Shown here piece by piece: positions 30,356-40,562 of a stretch of DNA of 64,000 bases (positions are counted from its first letter, which is position 1; the number at the start of each line of letters is the position of its first letter). The notes beneath the pieces are model-generated. The model was given only the letters and a program-made list of their open reading frames with translations, made no database searches and was not told the origin of the DNA. The DNA lies in assembly GCA_963745035.1 (NCBI GenBank), contig CAVUVW010000013.1, positions 1,664,001-1,728,000 of the forward strand, given 5' to 3'. The position numbers and the translations under genes are program-made. The DNA is from an uncultured delta proteobacterium. GTDB taxonomy: Bacteria > Desulfobacterota > Binatia > UBA9968.

Positions 30356-31129
30356 ATGAATCGCCGAAAATTCATCCAAACGATCGCTTACGGCATGCTC
30401 GGGTCAGGGCTCGCGCCGGATGTCGCGCGCGCCGCCGCGGCGGCCGACGACAAGCGCCGGCTGCAGTTCGTCTTTGCCCAGATCAAATATCGCGGCGGCG
30501 ACTGGAACCCGCATCCTTTGTCGGTGACGCCACTCATGGAAGAGCTGATGGCGCGCACCAGCGTGGAGGCCGCGCCGGCGCCCCACGAAGCGACCCTCGC
30601 CGATCGCGATTTATTCAACTATCCGTTTCTCTATCTCGCGGGCAAGTACGAGTTCGAACCGTTTACGCTGGAAGAGATCGAGAACCTGCGCCGCTTTCTC
30701 ACCTACGGCGGTTTCTTGCTGATCGACGATGCGCTCGGCCAGCAAGGCTACGGCTTCGACAAGGCCGTGCGCCGCGAAATGCAGCGGATTTTTCCCGGCA
30801 ACGAGTTCAAGCGCATTCCGCCCGGCCATGCGGCGCTGCGTAGCTATTATTTACTGCGCCGCGTCGGCGGCGTGCGCATCGTCAGCCCGAACCTCGACGG
30901 CATCGTCGTCGGCACTTCGATGCCGGTCGTCTACTGTCAAAACGATCTCGGCGGCGCCTGGGAGCGCGACCAGACAGGCAAATGGATCAACCCCTGCACG
31001 CCCGGCGGCGAAGCCCAGCGGCGCGACGCGTTTCATCTGGGCATCAATCTGATCCTTTACGCGATGACGGAAAATTACAAAGACGACTTGATCCACGTGC
31101 CGTTCATCCGGCGCCGGCTCACCCGCTAA
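30356..31129 (+). CDS. DUF4159 domain protein with Tat-like leader
   Basis: MNRRKFI leader; YPFLY, GGFLLIDD, NDLGGAW and NYKDDLIH motifs. Confidence 0.85.
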   Translation: MNRRKFIQTIAYGMLGSGLAPDVARAAAAADDKRRLQFVFAQIKYRGGDWNPHPLSVTPLMEELMARTSVEAAPAPHEATLADRDLFNYPFLYLAGKYEFEPFTLEEIENLRRFLTYGGFLLIDDALGQQGYGFDKAVRREMQRIFPGNEFKRIPPGHAALRSYYLLRRVGGVRIVSPNLDGIVVGTSMPVVYCQNDLGGAWERDQTGKWINPCTPGGEAQRRDAFHLGINLILYAMTENYKDDLIHVPFIRRRLTR

Positions 31130-31132
31130 GCC

Positions 31133-33391
31133 ATGCAGGATCTTTATCTCATCGGCGCCGTGCCCCAATGGCTGATCGCGCTGATCGCGCTCGCCACTCT
31201 GGCCTTGCTGGTCCAGCAGTTCTTCGGCCTCAGGCGGCGGCTGCCGCTCGGCCAGGGTCTGTTTCTCACGGCGCTCCGCGCGGTCGTCTACGCGAGCTTG
31301 ATCTTTTTTCTCTTCGGCCCGGCGCTCATTGATCGGCGGACGACCAAACTGCGCCGGCCGCTGACTGTGCTGATCGATAGCTCGCAGAGCATGAGTTTTC
31401 CGGCGGACACAGGAACTGCATCGGGCGATAAAACACCGGCGAGCCGGCTTGACCTAGTGCGCGAGAAGCTCACGGCGGGAGAGGAGCCGTTGATCCAGAA
31501 ATTGAATCGCGACTACGATCTCCGCTTGGCCCGCTTCGGCACGACCATCGAGCCCATTGCGCCGGGCAGCTTACCTGGAATGCGCCCCCAAGACCCGGGA
31601 ACGAGACTCATCGAGCTGCTCCAGGCCGCCGCGCGCGAAAGCGTGGCGCAGTCCGCGATTATCGTCTTCAGCGACGGCATCGCCAACGGCGATCGGAAAA
31701 CGCTTGACGGCATGGCGCCCCTGCCGGTGCCGGTTTTCGCCGTCGGCGTCGGCCCGGCGGAAGGCTTTACCGACGTACGCATCGCCAAGCTCGGCGCGCC
31801 GGAGTTCGCCTTTCGCGGCCGCGAGTTCAAGATCGATCTGACGATCCAAGCCTCTGGCATGAAGGGCAGGACCGTGCCCCTGCTCTTCAATCGCGGCCGA
31901 AACCTGATCACGACGCGCCAAGTCGCCATCGACAGCGACTTGTTCGAGCACAAAGTGACCCTCGCCTTTACGCCCAAAGAGATCGGCACCCACGGCTTTT
32001 CCGTGAGCATTCCGGTCCAGGCGGGCGAGCAGATCGCGCCGAACAACCAAAAAGACTTCAAAGTCGAGGTGCAGCGCGACAAGATTCGGATTTTGACCCT
32101 GTCGGGCTCGCCGGCGTGGAATTATCGGTTTCTGCGCATGGCGATGAAGCAGGATCCGCTGATCGAGCTGGTCTCCTTCGTGTTTTTGCGCACGCCGACC
32201 GACACCGTGGACGTGCCGGAAAGCCAGTTGAGCCTGATCCCGTTTCCCATCGACGATATTTTTCTCGAAGAGCTGAAAAACTTCGACGTAATCTTCTTCG
32301 ACGACTTTTCCCATCGCGCCTACTTCAACCCGGTGTATCTCGAGCGGGTAAGAGATTTCGTGCGCGACGGCGGCGGCCTCGCCATGCTCGGCGGCACGCG
32401 CGCCTTCGACAGCGGCGGCTACGGCGAGAGCGCTCTCCGCGAAGTCCTGCCGGTGGAGCTAGACGGCAAGGGCGTTTTCGAAGCGCGCGGTCCGGTGCAG
32501 GCGGCCTTGACGCCGGCGGGCAGAGCCCATCCCATCACTCGGCTCTTGCCCGATCCGAAGCTGAATGAAGAGACCTGGCGCAAGCTGCCGGCCTTGACCG
32601 GCATGAATCAGGTGCGCGCCGTGCGCGGCGAGTCTTTGCTGACCGCCGGCGGCAATGGCGCGGGTGGCGCGCCGCTCCTCGCCATCGGCCGCTTCGGCAA
32701 GGGCCGCACGTTGGCGCTCATGACCGACGATGCCTGGCGCTGGAATTTTATTGCCGTCGGCAACAAGGAGACGCCGCAGAATCATTTGAAGCTCATGCGC
32801 CAGGCGGTGCGCTGGCTCGCCCAGGAGCCGTCCTTCGAGCAAGTGCAACTGCGGCCGATCCCGGTCTCCCAGCCCGGAGAAAAAGTCCCGATCAAGCTGC
32901 GCGTGCTGAAGGATGACTTCACGCCGACCCGCGAAGCTTCGGTGCAGCTCCGCGTATTCGGTCCCGAGGGCGAGCCGATGCTGGTTTCCGCCGCGCCGGC
33001 GGGGGAAGAAGGCGAATACGGCGGCGAGTTCACGCCCACCCGGGAGGGCACCCACCGCGTGGAGGCTGAGGCAAGCCTGGGCGGCAAGCTCCTCGGTAGA
33101 GACCGGGCGAGCTTCACCGCGGCTTTTTCGTACGGCGAAGCCGACGACGGCCGGCCGCGCTTTGATTTGCTCAAACAAATCGCCGAGAAGAGCAAGGGCG
33201 ACTACATTCCGATCGCCGATTGGAATGAAAAGACGCTGGAGAAAATCGCCGCGCGCCTGGAAGCGATCGCGCCGTCGGAGATCGTCGAGCAGCGCCAGAC
33301 CCGCCTCTGGAGCAATCTCTGGCCGTTCGCGATCCTGCTCGCGCTCCTCAGCGTCGAATGGTGGATGCGAAGAAAGTGGGGATTGATTTAG
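31133..33391 (+). CDS. vWA/GATase1-like domain membrane protein
   Basis: DSSQS, FSDG, FVRDGGGLAMLGG and GKGR..DDAWRW motifs; terminal EWWMRRKWG. Confidence 0.82.
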   Translation: MQDLYLIGAVPQWLIALIALATLALLVQQFFGLRRRLPLGQGLFLTALRAVVYASLIFFLFGPALIDRRTTKLRRPLTVLIDSSQSMSFPADTGTASGDKTPASRLDLVREKLTAGEEPLIQKLNRDYDLRLARFGTTIEPIAPGSLPGMRPQDPGTRLIELLQAAARESVAQSAIIVFSDGIANGDRKTLDGMAPLPVPVFAVGVGPAEGFTDVRIAKLGAPEFAFRGREFKIDLTIQASGMKGRTVPLLFNRGRNLITTRQVAIDSDLFEHKVTLAFTPKEIGTHGFSVSIPVQAGEQIAPNNQKDFKVEVQRDKIRILTLSGSPAWNYRFLRMAMKQDPLIELVSFVFLRTPTDTVDVPESQLSLIPFPIDDIFLEELKNFDVIFFDDFSHRAYFNPVYLERVRDFVRDGGGLAMLGGTRAFDSGGYGESALREVLPVELDGKGVFEARGPVQAALTPAGRAHPITRLLPDPKLNEETWRKLPALTGMNQVRAVRGESLLTAGGNGAGGAPLLAIGRFGKGRTLALMTDDAWRWNFIAVGNKETPQNHLKLMRQAVRWLAQEPSFEQVQLRPIPVSQPGEKVPIKLRVLKDDFTPTREASVQLRVFGPEGEPMLVSAAPAGEEGEYGGEFTPTREGTHRVEAEASLGGKLLGRDRASFTAAFSYGEADDGRPRFDLLKQIAEKSKGDYIPIADWNEKTLEKIAARLEAIAPSEIVEQRQTRLWSNLWPFAILLALLSVEWWMRRKWGLI

Positions 33392-33460
33392 TTTCTAGTT
33401 TTGAGTTTCGGGTTCCGAGTTGAACCAAGACACGAGACGCGAGACACCAAACTCTCGAAC
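33391..33460. repeat. Inverted heptamer array (TTTCGAG type, degenerate)
   Basis: gtttcta gttttga gtttcgg gttccga ... cacgaga cgcgaga caccaaa ctctcgaac. Confidence 0.6.
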
Positions 33461-33472
33461 ACGATCACGCAG

Positions 33473-34270
33473 ATGAACCGCCGCAAGACGCTACAACTCA
33501 CAGCGTTATCTTTGCTCACGATCGCCATCCAACCCGACCGTGTTCAGGCTTTCTGCCACGAGCTTGAAGTCGTCGAGCGGCGCGTCTATCGGGTCGCAGC
33601 CGCCGCGGCGCCGGCGCTGACGATCGAATGGCTGGGCCACTCGACGTTCGAGATCACCTCGTCGAAAGGCACCCGCGTGCTCACCGATCCGCACGGCGCC
33701 TTCGATCTGCCGCGGCCGACCTTGCCGACACATATCGTCACCGCCAGCCATCGTCACGGCCCGCACAGCGCGGTTCACATGGCGATCGGGAAGCCGGTGA
33801 TCTTTCACGGCCTTACTCCCGCGGGAGACGATTGGCAGAAAATTTCCACAACCATACGCGACGTTTCGGTCTACGTCGTGCCCGCCTATCACGACAAAAG
33901 CCGCGGCATGCAGCGCGGCAAGAACGCCATCTTCGTGTTTCGCGTCGACGACGTCTGCATCGCCCACCTGGGCGATCTCGGCCATGTCCTCGGCCCCGAT
34001 CAACTCAAGATGATGGGCAAGATCGATATCCTGCTCGTGCCCATCGCCGGCGGTTACTACACGGTCACGCCCAGCGAAGCCCGCGAGGTGACCAAGCTCG
34101 TGAATCCCAAAATCGCCATCCCCAAACATTTCTGGTGGGAGCAGGCGGTGCAGCAATACACCGAAGGCTTGACGCGGGTAAAAATGATGAAGAGCCCGGT
34201 GCTAAAAATCTCCAAGCCCGAGCTGCCGCAGCCGATCGAAACCATCGTGCTGCCGTGGGGACAACGCTGA
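33473..34270 (+). CDS. MBL-fold metallo-hydrolase with Tat-like leader
   Basis: WLGHS, LTDP, SHRHGPH, AYHD, HLGDLG and IPKH motifs. Confidence 0.82.
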   Translation: MNRRKTLQLTALSLLTIAIQPDRVQAFCHELEVVERRVYRVAAAAAPALTIEWLGHSTFEITSSKGTRVLTDPHGAFDLPRPTLPTHIVTASHRHGPHSAVHMAIGKPVIFHGLTPAGDDWQKISTTIRDVSVYVVPAYHDKSRGMQRGKNAIFVFRVDDVCIAHLGDLGHVLGPDQLKMMGKIDILLVPIAGGYYTVTPSEAREVTKLVNPKIAIPKHFWWEQAVQQYTEGLTRVKMMKSPVLKISKPELPQPIETIVLPWGQR

Positions 34271-34328
34271 AGCGGGTTTTCTGATCAGGGCCTCCTGCCT
34301 ATTCCAGTTGCCTGTTGCCTATTCGAAC

Positions 34329-35360
34329 CTACTTCGCCTCCAGGATCTGTTTCACTCGATTCACGATGGCGGGCTCGATCTCGTACAAGCCATTCACCAT
34401 CTTTTCTATGCCGGGTCCATCGATCGGGTCGATCTCGAGCTTCGCTTTTTCCGCCTCGGCGAGAAGCTGAGCATCTTTCAGCGTAGCCATGAAGGCCTTT
34501 TGCAGTGTGCGCACGCGCTGTTCTGGCACTTGGGGCGGCAGCGAATAGAGTCTTTGTTTGCCGTAAAGCTCGCTCGCTATGCGGAGGAGTTTTTTCCCTT
34601 CGTCGGTGTTGGCGTAATCGACCGCGAGCGGGACACCCTTTAGCTCGGGATGAGATTCCATCATCGTCTGGAGCACGACATGGATCTGTTTGGCCTTGAG
34701 CGCGTTGGCCCAAGTCACCTTCGCCGATTGCCAGCCAAAGGAGCAGGTACCGTCGACTTCTCCGGTCTCCGCTGCAACCCTGATGTCGGCGGTGCCCTTG
34801 TAACCCTCGATGAGCTGGAGCGGAAAACCGCTGGCGGCGGCAAGGATCTTCGTGTCATCCGTTCCGCTGGTGCCGGGGCCGATCGCGCCGAGCTTGACGC
34901 GTGTTTTGGCCTTGCGCCACTCCTCTGCCGTCTTGATTCCGCTGCGCTCAGTCAATATGCACACGAGCGAGTCCGCCGTCGGCATACCGAGCCAGCCGAA
35001 CTTGCGCCCCTCGAATTGCACCGCGGGGTTGCCCATCATGTGTTGTAGAATAAGCGGGCCGGACCAATGGCCGATGACCGTGCCATCGCGCGGAGCGCTG
35101 TTGAAAACGTAATTGGCCGAGATCAGCATGGCCGCTCCAGGCATATTTTGCACGACGGTCGACGGTTTACCCGGAACGTATTGAGCAAAGTGGCGCGCGA
35201 TCAGCCGGGTGTACGTATCGTAGCCTCCACCTGCGGAGCCACCGACGATGAACTGGACGGTTTTGCCCTTGTAGAACTCCTCGACCGATGCAGCCGGCGC
35301 CGAGACCACCGATACCGAAATCAAGATAGGGAGCAAAAATACGCCGAGTGCTTTCGCCAT
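34329..35360 (-). CDS. Bug/TctC family substrate-binding protein
   Basis: GGSAGGGYD, VQNMPGA, PRDGT and GYKGT motifs. Confidence 0.92.
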   Translation of the reverse strand: MAKALGVFLLPILISVSVVSAPAASVEEFYKGKTVQFIVGGSAGGGYDTYTRLIARHFAQYVPGKPSTVVQNMPGAAMLISANYVFNSAPRDGTVIGHWSGPLILQHMMGNPAVQFEGRKFGWLGMPTADSLVCILTERSGIKTAEEWRKAKTRVKLGAIGPGTSGTDDTKILAAASGFPLQLIEGYKGTADIRVAAETGEVDGTCSFGWQSAKVTWANALKAKQIHVVLQTMMESHPELKGVPLAVDYANTDEGKKLLRIASELYGKQRLYSLPPQVPEQRVRTLQKAFMATLKDAQLLAEAEKAKLEIDPIDGPGIEKMVNGLYEIEPAIVNRVKQILEAK

Positions 35361-35619
35361 GCGCTACCTCCTGGCAATTTGGCCGTCCTGGCCGGAAGCT
35401 AAGTTGTCCGGGAGGCTCATGTCAAGCGCTTCAGCGGAGATGAGCATGCAGCTTCATCCCCAAACTTTCGGAAACGCATCTACGACTTCAACACTCTGAA
35501 GCCTCCTTCTCGTTGACATTCCAAGACCCCATCGACTATTGACGAAGTCACGAGGCAAAGCTCACGGGTCCGTTTGGCGCATTGACCGGCTACATCGCGC
35601 GGCGCGGGAGAGAGGAACC

Positions 35620-36609
35620 ATGCTAGTCCGTTTCAAAGTCTGTTCGTTTGCCCTGCTTGGTATTATTGTTTTTTTCACTGCGACGCGCGGCCACGGACAG
35701 AGCGTTCCCACCGCCGAGAAGATCGTCGTCAGTTACCCGAGCAAATCCATCACCAACTTTCCGATTTTGGAGACCGCGCGGCAGAAAGGCTTCTTTCAAA
35801 AAGAAGGGCTTCAAGTCAGCCTCGTCTATATCCGCGGCGGCTTGGATATCAAGACGCTGCTCACCAATGATGCCGATTTTGCAATGGGCAGCACCACCGC
35901 CGTAACTGCATTCGTTGCCGGGGCCCCGCTGCGGATTGTTTTGAGCTACAACGCCCACGTCGATCAGGGACTCTACGCCCAGGCCAAGCATCGCCGCATT
36001 GCCGACCTCAAAGGCCAGCCGATCGGATCGCTCAATCCGGGCGGCCTAGTCGATACCATGGTGCGGCGCATTCTCATTAAAAACGGATTGCAGCCGGAGC
36101 GCGATGTGAATCTCCTCGCCATGGGCGGCACGCCGGAACGTTACGCGGCGCTTAAAGCCGGCGCCATCGCCGCGACCATGTTGAGCTCGCCGTTTAATTT
36201 TCTTGCCGACAAAGAGGGCTTTTCGAAGCTCGCCACGACGCGCGATTACGTCGACGTCCCCGGCACAGCCGTGGTCGTGAGCGTCGAGAAGATCAAGAAG
36301 CAGCCCGCCACCATCAAGCGATTCATGCGGGCGTCGCTGCGCGCGATGAAATATATCAGAGACAACCGAGCCGACACGTCGCAGTTGATCGCGCGCGAGT
36401 TCAGCATGGACCAGGAGATCGCCGGCTTGGCCTACAACCAACTCTTGGAGTTGCTCAGCCCGGACGGCAGAAACCGGGTGAGTGGATATCAACTACTCGT
36501 CGACTTTGCCCGTGCCGCGCAAAAAATCGAACGCCCTATCAACGCCGCACAGCTCATAGACGAAACACTCCTCGATGAATTGATGCGCGAGGGAGAAATA
36601 TCGAAGTAA
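35620..36609 (+). CDS. ABC transporter substrate-binding protein (SsuA/NMT1 type)
   Basis: Signal peptide; KGFFQKEGL, DLKGQPIG and RYAALKAG motifs. Confidence 0.85.
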   Translation: MLVRFKVCSFALLGIIVFFTATRGHGQSVPTAEKIVVSYPSKSITNFPILETARQKGFFQKEGLQVSLVYIRGGLDIKTLLTNDADFAMGSTTAVTAFVAGAPLRIVLSYNAHVDQGLYAQAKHRRIADLKGQPIGSLNPGGLVDTMVRRILIKNGLQPERDVNLLAMGGTPERYAALKAGAIAATMLSSPFNFLADKEGFSKLATTRDYVDVPGTAVVVSVEKIKKQPATIKRFMRASLRAMKYIRDNRADTSQLIAREFSMDQEIAGLAYNQLLELLSPDGRNRVSGYQLLVDFARAAQKIERPINAAQLIDETLLDELMREGEISK

Positions 36610-36704
36610 AAGCGCTCGGCGCCGCGTTCCCGGGCTCGCCGCAATGCCGCGAAAGGGCCAGACGCTTTGGGGCAATCGCCTAGCGGAGGATGAGGGAAGA
36701 CGGT

Positions 36705-36836
36705 TTAACCCGCTTTGTCCTTTGGCGCGGCTGCCAGGCTGAGGGCTTCTTTCTTTTTCCTAAAATACTCGCGCTTGGAAAGCCGCATTGCTTGCCGCTT
36801 GCGCCGTTGCAAGTTTCGTTTGGCGTTCTGGTTCAT
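36705..36836 (-). CDS. Small basic protein, 43 aa (below the ORF-track cutoff)
   Basis: MNQNAKRNLQRRKRQAMRLSKREYLGKKKEALSLAAAPKDKAG; GGAGG RBS upstream. Confidence 0.55.
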   Translation of the reverse strand: MNQNAKRNLQRRKRQAMRLSKREYFRKKKEALSLAAAPKDKAG

Positions 36837-37227
36837 CGGGCTGCCTCCGTATGATACGTTCGAACTTGCTTCAAACGTCTATCAGTACCGCTATCGAACA
36901 ACAAACTGCCACCGCTCCGGCGAGTTTTTCATGGGCGTTTCGACATTTTCGAGAATTCCCTAAACGTGGAAGTCCGGTTTGAGTCCCTCGTTGAATCCGG
37001 AACTTTGAACAATGAGGGTTGCCCGGTTGCTTTAAACAGTCATTGGACGCGCAAGCTCCGAATGCCCTGCCCGCCGCTTTTTCCGAGCCAATCACCAGTT
37101 TTCAACTTCCCGGAACGAAACCCCGCTGAGCCCGTGGATTGACGAGCTCGGAATAGATAGATAATGTGTATTCGAACCGAAGACATCACTCTGTCAAGAC
37201 GCCCGATTCGACTGTGAGGTGAGTGCC

Positions 37228-37359
37228 ATGAAGATCTATGTGAAATTATCCGCCCTCCTTCTCGCGGTGATTCTTTCAACATCCGGCTGCGCAACCCTCA
37301 ACTATTCTTACGCCGACAGCAACGAGCCCATCAACTGGCGCGAATATAACGACTGTTGA
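37228..37359 (+). CDS. Small putative lipoprotein, 43 aa
   Basis: MKIYVKLSALLLAVILSTSG-CATLNYSYADSNEPINWREYNDC; GAGGT RBS; hairpin at 37390-37420. Confidence 0.6.
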   Translation: MKIYVKLSALLLAVILSTSGCATLNYSYADSNEPINWREYNDC

Positions 37360-37748
37360 CGAGTTCTTCAGCGGTCGCCCCATCCAACCAAAGCCGCCGT
37401 TGAGTCGACGCGTCGGCTTTGAAGATTCGATGAGTCCGTACAGCGTCGCTTCGGTTCGACCAGATACGTCCCACGTTTTTGGGTTTTCGTTCCTAAGTGT
37501 TTTCCGTGCTTCGTGCCTCAGTTTTTACCCACTGTAAGGCTCACTTCGTTTCCGCACCGCATCCACCTCTCCATTTGCTCGAATCCGCGATGTACTAAGG
37601 TCAGCTAGCAGAAACTTTTGAACGAAGCGCCCCGGTTGAACGTCTTGAACGATCGGAACGGGCTGTATTGACTTCGTCCCGGCATCGACTATATCTGCCT
37701 CAGCGGGAAGGAAGCGGGATCTCTTAGCGAAAGAAAGGAGTTCCGACC

Positions 37749-38777
37749 ATGAAAACATTTCTTTTCGCCGTATTGCTTTTCTCTATCGGGAGCACCAGTG
37801 CCCACGCGCAAGCCGATTTCTATAAAGGCAAGACGATCCGATTGGTGATCGGGTACTCCGCCGGCGGCACCAATGATCTCTGGGCGCGGGCGATCGCGCG
37901 GTTTTGGGGCAAGCACATTCCCGGCAATCCCGATTTCATCGTACAAAATATGCCGGGCGCCGCCACGATGATCGCGGCCAATTACATCTATGGAGTCGAA
38001 AAGTCCGACGGGCTCACTTTGGGGCTGATCGCTCCCGCGTTGTTTTTCAACCAGCTCGGCGGTCAAAAGGAAGTCAAGTTCGACTGGGCGAAGTTTGCCT
38101 GGATCGGCTCGCCCGAGGAAACCAGCGAGATGCTGTCCATGCGCTCCGACACGCCTTTCAAGACTCTGGACGACATCCGCCAGGCAGCGACGCCGCCGAA
38201 ATGCGGCACCACCGGCGCCGGGACACCCGGCCACTACTTTCCGCGGCTCCTCGAAGAGGTCCTCGGGCTCAAGTTCAACCTGGTCACGGGTTACCCCGGA
38301 GCCAACGACATCGACCTTGCCATCGAGAAGGGCGAAGTCCAATGCCGCGCCGGGACGACCAGCGCGTTCTTCGGCCGGGAGCCGGGGCGCACCTGGGCGA
38401 AAACCGGATTCGTGCGCATCATGGTCATCGGCGGCTCCAAGCGAGACGAGCGGGCGCCCAACGTGCCGACGATCTGGGAAGTGATGGAAAAACATAAAAC
38501 GCCCGACGCCGGCAAACGCCTCACCACGGTGATTCTCTCGCCCGGCTCCTTTGGCCGGCCGATCGTCGGCGGCCCCGGGATTCCCGCCGATCGGGTCAAG
38601 ATTCTCCGCGAAGGTTTTTTGAAGGCGATGAAAGATCCCGAGCTTTTGGCCGAGGCGGAAAAGCGCCGTTGGGAACCCGATCCCGTAAGCGGGGAGAAGC
38701 TTCAGGCGCTGGCGCGCGAGGTGGTTACCCAACCGCCCGAAGTCATCACGCGGATGAACGCGGTGCTGGCAAATTAG
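37749..38777 (+). CDS. Bug/TctC family substrate-binding protein
   Basis: GYSAGGTND, VQNMPGA, SDGLT and GYPG motifs; AGGAG RBS. Confidence 0.92.
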   Translation: MKTFLFAVLLFSIGSTSAHAQADFYKGKTIRLVIGYSAGGTNDLWARAIARFWGKHIPGNPDFIVQNMPGAATMIAANYIYGVEKSDGLTLGLIAPALFFNQLGGQKEVKFDWAKFAWIGSPEETSEMLSMRSDTPFKTLDDIRQAATPPKCGTTGAGTPGHYFPRLLEEVLGLKFNLVTGYPGANDIDLAIEKGEVQCRAGTTSAFFGREPGRTWAKTGFVRIMVIGGSKRDERAPNVPTIWEVMEKHKTPDAGKRLTTVILSPGSFGRPIVGGPGIPADRVKILREGFLKAMKDPELLAEAEKRRWEPDPVSGEKLQALAREVVTQPPEVITRMNAVLAN

Positions 38778-38800
38778 GCTCGCAGGTTAGGACGCTATCC

Positions 38801-38862
38801 GAAACGTTTTGAACGCTTTGAACGAAGCGAAGCGGTTGAACGGCTTGAACGTTTTGGAACGG
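38801..38862. repeat. TTGAAC periodic repeat
   Basis: ttgaacgctttgaacgaagcgaagcggttgaacggcttgaacgttttggaac. Confidence 0.75.
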
Positions 38863-38889
38863 GCCAGTTTATCGAGGAAAGAAAATCGC

Positions 38890-39529
38890 ATGAAAAAGTT
38901 GTATCCAAGGTACGGTGCTGCCGGACTAATAATCGGACTGGCGCTCATCGCCGGCAGCGCTCGAGCGCAGACCGGCTCGGCGGAAAGCCGGGTTTCGCTG
39001 AACGGCGAAATTTCCTCGATCGCCGGTGCCGATCTAACCGTGCAGTCGAATGGCGGCCCAGTCATCGTGAAGCTCGCCGGCGACACCGTTATCCGCGGTG
39101 AAGTGCCCGGTGAAGTTTTCCGATATCACCTCCGGCATGTATGTCGGCGCCACGGCGACAAAGCAGCCGGACGGCACTTTCCGCGCGAGCCGGTTGCACA
39201 TTTTCTCCGAAGACCAGCGCGGCACCGGAGAGGGCCACAGACCGCTGAGTGCGGAGCCGCAGAGCGGCGCGACCATGACCAACGCAAATGTTGAAACTGT
39301 CGAAGACGTGGCGGTCCAGAACGTGAAAGGTCGCATGCTGACGCTCAAGTACAAGGGTGGAGAGATCAAGGTCGTCGTGCCCGCGGAGACTCCCGTCGTA
39401 AAGCGCATCGTCGGCGACCGCAAGCTACTGACGACCGGGAGCACGGTTTCCATCAACGGTAGTCGAGGCGGCGATGGCGCTGTCGTCGCCTCACAGATTA
39501 CCGTGCGCGCGCCGGCGTCAAAGCCATGA
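38890..39529 (+). CDS. Exported beta-rich protein (DUF5666-like), frameshifted near 39108
   Basis: Signal peptide in ORF 38809-39294; continues with GTGEGHRP...TMTNANV...YKGGE in ORF 39098-39529. Confidence 0.65.
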
Positions 39530-39557
39530 CTTGTCGCGGCTCCTATCCGAATCCGAC

Positions 39558-39681
39558 CTTGAACTTTTGAACATTGAACCTTGAACGGCGCCACGACATC
39601 GAACCCTTGGCACCACCGGAGCGACCTTCGTCAAACGACTTGAACGGAGCGCAGCGGTTGAACGGCTTGAACGTTTTGAAC
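39558..39681. repeat. TTGAAC periodic repeat (7-nt and 9-nt spaced blocks)
   Basis: ttgaacttttgaacattgaaccttgaac ... ttgaacggagcgcagcggttgaacggcttgaacgttttgaac. Confidence 0.75.
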
Positions 39682-39699
39682 TGGCTCGGTTGCGTATCG

Positions 39700-40122
39700 T
39701 CAACCGTTGTCCAGTAGATAACTGCGCCGATCGATCTGGACTGTACCATTGGTAAAGCTGATCGAGATGTTGATGTCTCCTTCTCCGCGGAGCCACGGCA
39801 CGACCTTCATCGTTCGCAGACCCGCTTTTGTATTGGGCTCCTCGAAGGCAATCGCTTCTGCCTCCGCTCTGCTTTCGGCGCGCAAGATGAACATGCCGTA
39901 ACCGAGGTCGGAGGTCGTTTCATTGTCTTTATCGTTCTTGAGCAAGCCCGCGCCGAACAGGCGTCCTTCGCTTTCGAGCCTGGCCATGTATTCCTTGTGC
40001 GGTCGGCGGAATTGCTCACGCGACGGCGCGTTTGGCGGCGGCGGTTCAACGAGCGTCGTGAAACAAAGATAGCATTGCTCGTGTTTCAACGGATGCGTGG
40101 GGTCTTGCTTTAGCTCTGCCAT
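39700..40122 (-). CDS. YciI family protein
   Basis: R..HKEY, LFGAG, GMFILRAES and EEP motifs; AGGAGG RBS. Confidence 0.78.
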   Translation of the reverse strand: MAELKQDPTHPLKHEQCYLCFTTLVEPPPPNAPSREQFRRPHKEYMARLESEGRLFGAGLLKNDKDNETTSDLGYGMFILRAESRAEAEAIAFEEPNTKAGLRTMKVVPWLRGEGDINISISFTNGTVQIDRRSYLLDNG

Positions 40123-40470
40123 GATCGCTCCTCCTGGGAGTAAATGCGGACTTCCGGCTCTCGCGACAAAACTTTAATCAAAAAGCCGGGACCTACGAAA
40201 GCCCTCGCATCGTGTCTTGAACGATTTTGACTGTTCCAAGAACGAACGTGTTTCACCGGTGGGCCCACGCCATGTCTCCGCCGCTTGCACTGTCTCTCGA
40301 TGCCTCAGCAGTCCCGTTTTGGCGCATTTTTCCGGTGAATTTGTCGGCGCAAAACTATTGACGCCCTGCTGTCGAGCTTACCGAAATAATAAGTGAAAGA
40401 GAGAGCTGCACTGCATGGCGGGTTGTCGTGAAACCCGCCACGGTGACTTCTCGGTGGGCTCGGAATTGAA

Positions 40471-40504
40471 GGCCGTCGAGGAAGCCCACCATGAGGCTTC
40501 TCGA
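40471..40504. repeat. 34-bp palindromic repeat, copy 1
   Basis: ggccgtcgaggaagcc-caccatga-ggcttctcga; 31/34 identical to 45327-45360. Confidence 0.75.
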
Positions 40505-40562
40505 TCTTCGAACCATGAACGGCTCGAACGTTGCGAACGGTCTCGCTACCTAACCAAGCTTC

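Noticed and set aside
36960-37010. tRNA-like T-arm (ggtttgagtccc)
   Set aside because: No cloverleaf can be built; it is part of a dispersed repeat.
40381-40445. Riboswitch at the tggcgggtt/aacccgcca hairpin
   Set aside because: No recognisable aptamer consensus and no same-strand gene directly downstream; a covariance-model search would be needed.
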